Shown here piece after piece: positions 7,879 through 14,455 of a stretch of 32,000 nt of DNA. A model generated the notes under the pieces. The model did not search any database. It was not told the DNA's origin and was given only the letters and a program-made list of their open reading frames with translations. The position numbers and the translations under genes were made by a program. Origin of the DNA: Candidatus Saccharimonadota bacterium (GTDB taxonomy: Bacteria > Patescibacteriota > Patescibacteriia > 2-12-FULL-60-25); NCBI GenBank assembly GCA_016699205.1, contig CP064964.1:870001-902000 (forward strand), given 5' to 3'. The stretch's first letter is position 1. Every line of letters begins with the position of its first letter.

Positions 7879-8793
7879 ATGATGAAGCCCCTTACCGAGC
7901 GGACGCCGGATGCACAGTATCAGCGTTTATTGCGCGATATTTTGGAGCGTGGGGAGCGTACCAATAGCCAGCAGGGCGTTGATGCGATCACGCTCATGGG
8001 GCCAAATCCGATGCATTTTAAGTTTGAGAACGGGTTTCCGATCATCAACGAGCGCAACATGGCTCCGAATGAGTCTGAACGGCTACCTGTGACGATTTGG
8101 CGCCAAGCCATCGCTGAGATGTGTGCGTTTGTGAATGGGGTGCGGACACAGCAAGGTCTTGTCGAGTTTGGCTGCCACTGGTGGGAATCTTGGGTGACCC
8201 CGGAGAAATGTGCCAAACGCGGTTTGGAAGCCGGCGATCTTGGACCCGGTTCCTATGGCGCCGCGTTTCATGATTTTCCAACGGCAGAGGGGGAGACTTA
8301 CAATCAATTCAAAAATATTATCGAGCAGATCCGTGAGTTTCCGCATTTGCGAACGCATTTTATTTCACCGTGGATTCCGCAGTACACGATTCGTGGTGAG
8401 GGGAAGCAGCAAAAAGTCGTTGTCGCTCCGTGTCACGGCTGGATTCATTTGCGCGTGATCGATAATAAGCTGACGCTTCATATGTTTCAGCGTTCGGCGG
8501 ATGTTCCTGTTGGTGTTCCTGCAAACATGGTGCAGTATGGCGCTTTACTCATGATGATCGCGCATGCGACGGGAACGATTCCGTACGAATTTGTCCACAG
8601 TTTTTCGGACGCGCATATTTATGTCGATCAGGTTCCGGCTGTTGAAATAATGTTGGCGCGTGAACCAAAATCGTTGGCGACATTGAAGATGGATACTTCT
8701 GTGAAAGATTTCTTTGACTTCCGAAAAGAACACTTCACGCTTGAGGATTACACACCACATCCGGGTATTAAGGGTATTCCCGTTGCGATTTAG
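7879..8793 (+). CDS. thyA: thymidylate synthase (ThyA family, divergent)
   Basis: Catalytic APCHGW, FQRSADVPVGVPANMVQYGALL (the Asn that selects dUMP is present), DLGPGSYG, and C-terminal YTPHPGIKGIPVAI as in E. coli ThyA. Followed by folA. Confidence 0.88.
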   Translation: MMKPLTERTPDAQYQRLLRDILERGERTNSQQGVDAITLMGPNPMHFKFENGFPIINERNMAPNESERLPVTIWRQAIAEMCAFVNGVRTQQGLVEFGCHWWESWVTPEKCAKRGLEAGDLGPGSYGAAFHDFPTAEGETYNQFKNIIEQIREFPHLRTHFISPWIPQYTIRGEGKQQKVVVAPCHGWIHLRVIDNKLTLHMFQRSADVPVGVPANMVQYGALLMMIAHATGTIPYEFVHSFSDAHIYVDQVPAVEIMLAREPKSLATLKMDTSVKDFFDFRKEHFTLEDYTPHPGIKGIPVAI

Positions 8794-8797
8794 TTAC

Positions 8798-9301
8798 ATG
8801 ATCTCGATTATTGTTGCGGCATCTGATAATGATGTGATTGGGCAAGCGAATGCTTTGCCATGGCGTTTGTCGCGTGACTTGAAAAACTTCAAAGAATTAA
8901 CGACGGGAAATACTGTCGTAATGGGAAGAAAGACATTTGAGTCGATTATCGCTAGACTCGGACATCCGCTTCCAAATCGTAAAAATGTTGTGATTACCCG
9001 TCAGCAGGATTTTGTAGCTTCTTCGGAGGTAGTAGTTGTAAGTTCGTGGGAGGAGGCGATCGAAAAGACGAAGGGTGAAAATATATTTGTAAGTGGCGGT
9101 GAGGCAATCTATAGAATTGCGCACGCATATGCAGACAAGCTATATCTCACGCGGGTGCATACGAATATTGAGGGTGGAGATGTTGAAATGCCGATAAAAG
9201 ATATTTCGAGTACTTGGAATTTAGTGAAGGAAGAACACTGGCCCAAGGATGAGAAGAACGAGTTTGATGCGACATTTCAACTCTATGAGCGCAAGCGATA
9301 A
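8798..9301 (+). CDS. folA: dihydrofolate reductase
   Basis: MISIIVAASDNDVIGQANALPWRLSRDLKNFKELTTGNTVVMGRKTFESI is the classic DHFR N-terminus. ATG 8798 lies 5 nt after the thyA stop. Confidence 0.9.
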   Translation: MISIIVAASDNDVIGQANALPWRLSRDLKNFKELTTGNTVVMGRKTFESIIARLGHPLPNRKNVVITRQQDFVASSEVVVVSSWEEAIEKTKGENIFVSGGEAIYRIAHAYADKLYLTRVHTNIEGGDVEMPIKDISSTWNLVKEEHWPKDEKNEFDATFQLYERKR

Positions 9302-9767
9302 TCGATTTATCAATCTTTCATCTGTACGTCGCGACGATCAGCGTGATGTGATGGTTGAGATTGCCAAACAGGGGCATTGCCCGTTCTGTGTCGAGAATTT
9401 GAAGAAGTATCACAAGAATCCCATTTTGAAAGAAGGGAAGTTTTGGTTTTTGACTGAGAATCAGTGGCCGTATGAGAAAGTAAAGGAACAGCTACTCGCT
9501 ATTTATAAAACGCATATCGAACATATTTCCGAGATGCATCCGGAGGCGGGGGGCGAGCTTCTCCAAATGTTTAGCGACGAGGCTAAGAAACGGAATATTG
9601 GCGGCGGAGTTGTCGCGATCCGTTTTGGTTCTTCCGAGTTGGGGGACTATGGCTCAAGCGTAAAACATATTCACGCGCATCTCATCGAGCCCGATTTGGA
9701 GCAGCTCGGAGAAACTGAGGCGTTGAAGTTTACGTATGCGAAGCCGAAGAATTATCGGAAGAAGTAG
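9285..9767 (+). CDS. HIT-family nucleotide hydrolase/transferase (start uncertain: 9285 or 9351)
   Basis: Histidine triad VKHIHAHLIEP and N-terminal HCPFC. Confidence 0.8.
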   Translation: MSASDNRFINLSSVRRDDQRDVMVEIAKQGHCPFCVENLKKYHKNPILKEGKFWFLTENQWPYEKVKEQLLAIYKTHIEHISEMHPEAGGELLQMFSDEAKKRNIGGGVVAIRFGSSELGDYGSSVKHIHAHLIEPDLEQLGETEALKFTYAKPKNYRKK

Positions 9768-9776
9768 GTTCATCCA

Positions 9777-9805
9777 TTGACAGGTTGGCCTATTTTGTCT
9801 AGCCT
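9777..9805 (+). promoter_or_regulatory. candidate sigma70-type promoter (TTGACA-17-TAGCCT)
   Basis: Perfect -35 located 9 nt after the HIT stop, with a weak -10. Homologous in position to the 10431-10459 element. Confidence 0.3.
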
Positions 9806-9839
9806 TTTATGGCTCGTTGTTTTAGTCTAGGAGGTTGTG

Positions 9840-10319
9840 ATGAGGCTCTCTGATAGCTACCGCGCCAGCTTTGAAGAATATCTGAAGGCGGCCCGACTCG
9901 ACGTGGTCGATCCCAGGATCACCCCAGAGGAGTTCCCGAACGAAATCTTCACGGATGTCGACATGGGGATCCGCATTGTCCAGCCGTCGCCGCGTTGGTT
10001 CGACGGCAAGACCACGATCCTCGTGGATCAGATCGACGCGTGGTTCGCTTCCAGTGAGATGTCGCATTGCCAGCCGGCTGGTCTGGTCGAAGGGCTCTTT
10101 CTGTGCGCGCATAGCGATCTCAGTTTCCGGTTCTTCGAATGGCACACGGTGGTTGCGTGGGGGTCCCGTTCTAGGAGTAAGTCGCTCATGCCGTCGTTCC
10201 GACAGTTGACAACCGGCCGTGCTGTAGAGTTGGGCATGACCTACAATCCGGCGCTTGCTGCGCACCGCCAGGATCGCTTTGGCCTCGACCTCGCATTTCT
10301 TGTGCGGTCTCGGCGCTGA
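9840..10319 (+). CDS. hypothetical protein (ORFan), G+C-richer than its neighbours
   Basis: AGGAGG (9829-9834) lies 5 nt before ATG 9840, and a strong terminator follows. No recognisable motif. Hand count gives 58 G+C in 9841-9940. Confidence 0.6.
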   Translation: MRLSDSYRASFEEYLKAARLDVVDPRITPEEFPNEIFTDVDMGIRIVQPSPRWFDGKTTILVDQIDAWFASSEMSHCQPAGLVEGLFLCAHSDLSFRFFEWHTVVAWGSRSRSKSLMPSFRQLTTGRAVELGMTYNPALAAHRQDRFGLDLAFLVRSRR

Positions 10320-10323
10320 CTGA

Positions 10324-10355
10324 GAAGGCCTGACATGGTTATGTGTCAGGCCTTC
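10324..10355 (+). terminator. intrinsic terminator hairpin
   Basis: gaaggcctgaca / tgtcaggccttc is a 12-bp stem with an 8-nt loop, followed by a T-rich tract. Confidence 0.7.
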
Positions 10356-10383
10356 TTCATTTCATGAAAATATTTTTTCACCG

Positions 10384-10428
10384 TGGAAATTCAAGTTTAA
10401 ACAGCCAAAGAATTATAGAAAGTCGTAG
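10384..10428 (+). pseudogene. relic copy of the 3' end of a HIT-family gene
   Basis: Translates WKFKFKQPKNYRKS*, against the real HIT C-terminus LKFTYAKPKNYRKK* (9723-9767). 31/45 nt are identical and several differences are synonymous (ccg/cca, cgg/aga, aag/aaa, ttt/ttc). Confidence 0.5.
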
Positions 10429-10430
10429 CG

Positions 10431-10459
10431 TTGACTGAACTACCGGTGTCTGGTAAGTC
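10431..10459 (+). promoter_or_regulatory. candidate promoter (TTGACT-17-TAAGTC preceded by TGG)
   Basis: The -35 lies 2 nt after the relic stop codon. This parallels the arrangement after the intact HIT gene. Confidence 0.3.
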
Positions 10460-10476
10460 TTTTGCCGGAGGTTGTC

Positions 10477-11088
10477 ATGCACTTTCAAGCGGTAGGCACG
10501 CGATGTGCCGCACACCTTCCTTCTCTTGAGTTGCCGATCGGTGACCGTGAAGCGCTTGAGATTCTCGAGCGCTTGGGCTATCGACGCGTTTCCGTCGACA
10601 TCGTGGCTTTGGCACGGGCGCAAGTCGGTGTCGGAGTGTATCGGCGCGGGGCGCGTATGCGCGAAGTGCCGAGCACGTTTGACTGCTCGAGCTTCACGAA
10701 GTGGCTGTATGGTCAGCGCGGCGTGCGGCTTCCAAGGAAGAGCATCCAGCAGTACGAGGCATGTTCCTTTCTGTCTTCCGGCCGCTTTCTTGCAGGCGAT
10801 CTCGCCTTCAGCACCGGGGCCTTCTCCTGGTATCGTCATAACCCGGCTTTGGGAATCGGTCATGTCGGACTCGTGACGGATGAACAGACCGTGATTCATG
10901 CGGCTAACCCGGACCTCGGGGTCGTCGAGGAACGGTTGGAGGTCTGGCAGGGATGGCAAGGATTCCGCGGTGTGCGCCGATTCATCCCGTCGGATGTGGA
11001 GCTCGTCACCCTCGAGTGTCCGCCGGATGCCGAGATCGAATGGTCGGACGATATCCGCTGGAAAATCCTCCAGCGTTTGCCGCGCTAA
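10477..11088 (+). CDS. NlpC/P60 (C40) papain-fold hydrolase without signal peptide
   Basis: Catalytic Cys in FDCSSFTKWLY and His in GHVGLV...VIHAANP. GGAGG (10467-10471) lies 5 nt before ATG 10477. The N-terminus is not hydrophobic. Confidence 0.8.
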   Translation: MHFQAVGTRCAAHLPSLELPIGDREALEILERLGYRRVSVDIVALARAQVGVGVYRRGARMREVPSTFDCSSFTKWLYGQRGVRLPRKSIQQYEACSFLSSGRFLAGDLAFSTGAFSWYRHNPALGIGHVGLVTDEQTVIHAANPDLGVVEERLEVWQGWQGFRGVRRFIPSDVELVTLECPPDAEIEWSDDIRWKILQRLPR

Positions 11089-11106
11089 TGAAGAACAAAA
11101 CAAACT

Positions 11107-11132
11107 GGCCGCCGTGGAACTCCACGGCGGCC
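11107..11132. terminator. bidirectional intrinsic terminator
   Basis: ggccgccgtgga / tccacggcggcc is a 12-bp GC-rich stem with T-rich tracts on both strands. It lies between convergent genes. Confidence 0.8.
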
Positions 11133-11139
11133 TTGTGTT

Positions 11140-11973
11140 TTATTTTACAAAGATGATTTGTACGCCTTGGGATTTGAGGATGCGGTCGCCGTCCAATACG
11201 CTGTAGCCGTTTCTGTAATAGACTCGACGGATCCCGGAATAGGCGAGCTGTTTGGCGCAAGGCGGACAGGGGAATGTGTCGCAGTAAATGTCGGCGCCTT
11301 CAAGAGAAATGCCTTTTTTGGCGGCCTGTGCGACGATATTGGCTTCTGCGTGTATCGCGAGGGATGATTCAAAGTGCTTGCCTCCCGTAAAGTTACTGCG
11401 CGGATCGCCTTCATCGTAGGGTGTTTGATCGGCAGGAACGTAGAGATTGTGTGCTTTCAGGATGATCTTGCTGTCCTTGATTGCGAGTGCACCGATGCGA
11501 CGCCACCAGTCTTTGGCTTTTGTTCCTTCTTTGAGCGCGAGCTCGATCATTTGGCGGTCAAAGTCAGATTCGCTTACTTCCGTGTCGGCAATGACGTCGA
11601 CGGGGTCGATGGATTTTTTAATGCCCCAACGCAGGAAGATTGTATCTTTCTCGACAGGATTTTTGGAAAAATATTTTTCTACCAAGGATTCCGTCAGTTC
11701 ATCATCAGAAACAATGAGCGGAGTTTTATCGTTCTGTAATTTTTTTATCGTGTTGTCATCGAGAATATTCACGTGATCAAGCACGCCCCAAGCTTCGATC
11801 GACTTTTTTATGAGCTCCGGGTCGAGTTTTCGAATGTCTTTGATGAGGTGTTCGTAGGACGCGATGACATCGTTTCCAAAGATGTATAGTTCTTTGGCGT
11901 CCGAATGGCGCTCAAAGAGTCGACGGTACCCTTCATGCAGTACCGGAATATAGCAGACAATCGCTTTGCTCAT
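11140..11973 (-). CDS. dCMP/cytidine deaminase domain fused to a ~135-aa uncharacterised N-terminal domain
   Basis: The C-terminal half has HAEANIV...(Zn His/Glu) and CDTFPCPPCAKQLAYSGI (PCxxC). The N-terminal half (MSKAIVCYIPVLHEGYRRLFERH...) has no motif I recognise. Confidence 0.8.
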   Translation of the reverse strand: MSKAIVCYIPVLHEGYRRLFERHSDAKELYIFGNDVIASYEHLIKDIRKLDPELIKKSIEAWGVLDHVNILDDNTIKKLQNDKTPLIVSDDELTESLVEKYFSKNPVEKDTIFLRWGIKKSIDPVDVIADTEVSESDFDRQMIELALKEGTKAKDWWRRIGALAIKDSKIILKAHNLYVPADQTPYDEGDPRSNFTGGKHFESSLAIHAEANIVAQAAKKGISLEGADIYCDTFPCPPCAKQLAYSGIRRVYYRNGYSVLDGDRILKSQGVQIIFVK

Positions 11974-11975
11974 AC

Positions 11976-12533
11976 CTATTCTTCTTGGGCTCCCAATGTT
12001 TCTTGCAAGACTTTGAGTAGCTTCGGTGTCAGTACTTCTTCGAGCTTCTTAGCGGTCTTAAGCTGCATCAAGCGGATCTTGGCGCTTGTGGATGTTGTTG
12101 CTTGGCGGTCGAGTACAACGACTTTGCCGCAGAATTCCTCGAGCGCTTTGATTTCTTCCGGGCTGTATGTGTCTTCTACGGCGATTAGGACATCAGGCCG
12201 CACGGTTTTAATGAGATCCCATTTTGGATCGTCATGCTTTTTTAGGTAGACAAAATCGACCGGACGCAGATGTAAGACCATTTCCAAGCGTTCTTCTTCT
12301 GGAACGACTGGGCGGTCGGCGCCTTTACGGATGCGGATTTTTTCATCGTTATCAATACCGACGATCAGCACATCGCCTTCTTTTTTTGCCGTATCAAGAT
12401 AGCGCGCGTGGCCGATATGAACCAAATCATATGAACCTTGCGTGAGAACAATTTTGGACCCGAGTGCACGCAGGGCTTCGACGACCGTTTTTAGCTCTGT
12501 CTGGTCTCTGAAAGCTCGGCCTTTTTTATACAT
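11976..12533 (-). CDS. cytidylyl/adenylyltransferase-family nucleotidyltransferase (RfaE domain II / RibL-like)
   Basis: GSYDLVHIGHARYL (HxGH motif), GDVLIVGIDNDEKIRIRKGADRPVV and C-terminal TTSTSAKI. Its stop lies 2 nt before the deaminase start. Confidence 0.75.
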   Translation of the reverse strand: MYKKGRAFRDQTELKTVVEALRALGSKIVLTQGSYDLVHIGHARYLDTAKKEGDVLIVGIDNDEKIRIRKGADRPVVPEEERLEMVLHLRPVDFVYLKKHDDPKWDLIKTVRPDVLIAVEDTYSPEEIKALEEFCGKVVVLDRQATTSTSAKIRLMQLKTAKKLEEVLTPKLLKVLQETLGAQEE

Positions 12534-12580
12534 AAGGTTATGAGTTACGTTATCCGTTCCGGGAGCGTCTATGTCAAGCT

Positions 12581-13009
12581 TTATGCTCCAGTCGAGCCCC
12601 AGCCGCCGCGTGAAGGGCCTGCCGCTGCGCCTTCGTCCCAGTTTGTGCGTGTGACGGGAATGAACATTCCTTGGGCCAAGCGCATACCTTTTTCAATCGT
12701 GATCGGTTCGGTCCCTGGATTCCAAAAGAAAAGAAGAATTTCATCTTCCGGACCGCAGAAATCGCGATCAACGATACCGATTGTATTGCCAATACGCAGA
12801 CCCATTTTTTTGAAGGTCGATGAACGCGGAGCAATCATGAGCATGTGGCCTTCCGGAGCTTGAATCACGAGACCGGTTGGAAGCATCAAGCTTCCGCCTG
12901 GCGGGACAATGCCTCCTTCGCAAACAGCGAGATCAAAGGCTGCTGCTTCTGCCGTCTTATATTCCGGAAGCTCGATGCCTTCACGGATTCTGGTAATGCG
13001 TGCGTTCAT
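12581..13009 (-). CDS. dut: dUTP diphosphatase
   Basis: AAAFDLA, APRSS, GIVDRDFCGP and RLAQ follow the trimeric dUTPase motif order. 142 aa. The start overlaps the kinase stop (ATGA). Confidence 0.88.
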   Translation of the reverse strand: MNARITRIREGIELPEYKTAEAAAFDLAVCEGGIVPPGGSLMLPTGLVIQAPEGHMLMIAPRSSTFKKMGLRIGNTIGIVDRDFCGPEDEILLFFWNPGTEPITIEKGMRLAQGMFIPVTRTNWDEGAAAGPSRGGWGSTGA

Positions 13010-13572
13010 TTTTTTGGAGTGAAGCCGAGTTCGTTCATTGTTGCGTGTACGGCTGTTTCAAATTCTTCACGCGTTCCGGCATTTTGAATCGTCTTCCACG
13101 CGCGTTCCATGACAGCGGGAATAGTGATTTCGGTCGGGAAATGTTCTTCTTTTTGGAATTGTTCCCATGTCATCGAGGATTCCGTGGATTTTTCTCCGCG
13201 CTTTTTCATGCGTTCAAAACGGAGTTCTGCCGGAGCGTCGATCGAAAGAAGTTTGAAGTGGGGGAGCGGTTCAAGCGCGACAATATCTTCCGGACGGCGG
13301 ATGCCGTCGATAACAACAATTTCTTCCGGTGCGGATAACGCAATTTTTTCTACGGCGTAGGAGAGAGCGTCTTCTCCGTAGGCATCGCGTAGACCGTTGG
13401 AGAGTTTGGTGAAATTTTCACGGGATTTATCGATTCCAAGCGTTTCAAGGACGGTGCCGAGGATTCCGCTGAAGCGGATATAGCCGGCGCCGTATTCATT
13501 GCGGAGTAAATCGGCGGCTGTGCCTTTTCCGCAGCCGGCCTGGCCGACGAGTCCGATGATGAGCTTGGGCAT
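13006..13572 (-). CDS. P-loop (d)NMP kinase-like protein
   Basis: Walker A GLVGQAGCGKGTAADLL and IDGIRRPED. The N-terminus resembles small dNMP / dephospho-CoA-type kinases. Substrate unknown. Confidence 0.65.
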   Translation of the reverse strand: MPKLIIGLVGQAGCGKGTAADLLRNEYGAGYIRFSGILGTVLETLGIDKSRENFTKLSNGLRDAYGEDALSYAVEKIALSAPEEIVVIDGIRRPEDIVALEPLPHFKLLSIDAPAELRFERMKKRGEKSTESSMTWEQFQKEEHFPTEITIPAVMERAWKTIQNAGTREEFETAVHATMNELGFTPKK

Positions 13573-13607
13573 AATGGGCGTAAGCGTAACAGACGAGGGG
13601 GTAACGC

Positions 13608-13634
13608 AAAACCCACCGTCAAGCGGTGGGTTTT
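13608..13634 (-). terminator. intrinsic terminator after rplA
   Basis: aaaacccaccg / cggtgggtttt is an 11-bp stem with a 5-nt loop, 10 nt after the rplA stop. Confidence 0.7.
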
Positions 13635-13644
13635 GGATCGCGGA

Positions 13645-14337
13645 TTAGGCGAGTTCTGCGGTGTCGATTTTGACGCCCGGGCCCATCGTCGAGGTCAAGG
13701 TGACCGAAGCGAGGTAAACGCCCTTGGCGGAGGCTGGCTTCACTTTCTTCAAGGCATCGATGAGAACGTTGAAGTTCTCGAGGAGGTTCTTGGCATCAAG
13801 CGAGGACTTGCCGATTGCTTGGTGAACGTTGCCGGTGACATCGTTCTTGAAAGCAACCTTACCCTTCTTCACGTCTTCGATGAGCTTCTTGATGTTGGCG
13901 CCTACGGTGTCTGTCTTCGGGTTTGGCATGAGACCGGACGGACCAAGGATTTTAGCGACCTTGGCGAGTTTAGGCATCATGTCTGGCGTTGCAACAGCGA
14001 CTTCAAAGTCGACTTTGCCGGTCTTGGCGAGTTCGTCGATCAATTCCTGGCCGCCGACGATATCAGCACCAGCGTCCTTCGCTTCCTTTTCCTTATCAGC
14101 AGCAACGAAAGCGATCACTTTCTTTGCCTTACCGATCGAGTGCGGGAAAATGATGGTTGAGCGGACCTGCTGATCACCCTTTTTGACGTCGATACCGAGA
14201 TTCACGTGAACCTCGACCGAGCCGTCGAATTTGGTGGTGGCCGTCTTTTTAACGAGCTCCATAGCCTCGGCCGGCTTGTAGAGCTTTTTTGGGTCAACGA
14301 GCTTTTTGAGCTCGGTATAACGCTTGGAATGCGCCAT
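13645..14337 (-). CDS. rplA: 50S ribosomal protein L1
   Basis: MAHSKRYTELKKLVD...FDGSVEVHVNLGIDVKKGDQQVR is typical L1. 230 aa. Confidence 0.95.
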   Translation of the reverse strand: MAHSKRYTELKKLVDPKKLYKPAEAMELVKKTATTKFDGSVEVHVNLGIDVKKGDQQVRSTIIFPHSIGKAKKVIAFVAADKEKEAKDAGADIVGGQELIDELAKTGKVDFEVAVATPDMMPKLAKVAKILGPSGLMPNPKTDTVGANIKKLIEDVKKGKVAFKNDVTGNVHQAIGKSSLDAKNLLENFNVLIDALKKVKPASAKGVYLASVTLTSTMGPGVKIDTAELA

Positions 14338-14380
14338 ACGTGGTTCGGTCGGCCGCTTATTTAGCTAGCCTCCCACATAG
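14338..14380 (-). promoter_or_regulatory. candidate L1 autoregulatory leader (23S rRNA L1-stalk mimic)
   Basis: The minus strand reads CUAUGUGGGAGGCUAGCUAAAUAAGCGGCCGACCGAACCACGU-AUG. GUGGGAGGCU, GCCGACC and ACCAC recur in the same order in the E. coli 23S L1-stalk region as I recall it (GGUGGGAGGCUUUGAAG...GGAGCCGACCUUGAAAUACCACCC). GUGG can pair with CCAC right next to the start codon. Confidence 0.4.
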
Positions 14381-14421
14381 GATTTAGTGAGCGAACTCTA
14401 GCCAAAACCCTCGGAAATGTC

Positions 14422-14445
14422 AAACCCCGCCGGGTGGCGGGGTTT
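14422..14445 (-). terminator. stem-loop after the inserted membrane-protein gene
   Basis: aaaccccgcc / ggcggggttt is a 10-bp stem with a 4-nt loop. The U-tract on the minus strand is short. Confidence 0.45.
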
Positions 14446-14455
14446 TTGGACCGAA

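Noticed and set aside
7879-8793. ThyA-like gene as a dCMP/dUMP hydroxymethylase for base hypermodification
   Set aside because: The Asn associated with dUMP selection, the catalytic Cys, the conserved ThyA C-terminus and an adjacent folA all fit ordinary thymidylate synthase. This is kept only as a caveat in the cluster-level finding.
10378-11103. 241-aa ORF antisense to the NlpC/P60 gene
   Set aside because: The plus-strand frame carries the catalytic Cys/His motifs, the SD and the terminator. The antisense frame has no signals.
13633-14160. 175-aa ORF antisense to rplA, and 15665-16162 antisense to rplK
   Set aside because: These are shadow ORFs opposite canonical L1 and L11 genes.
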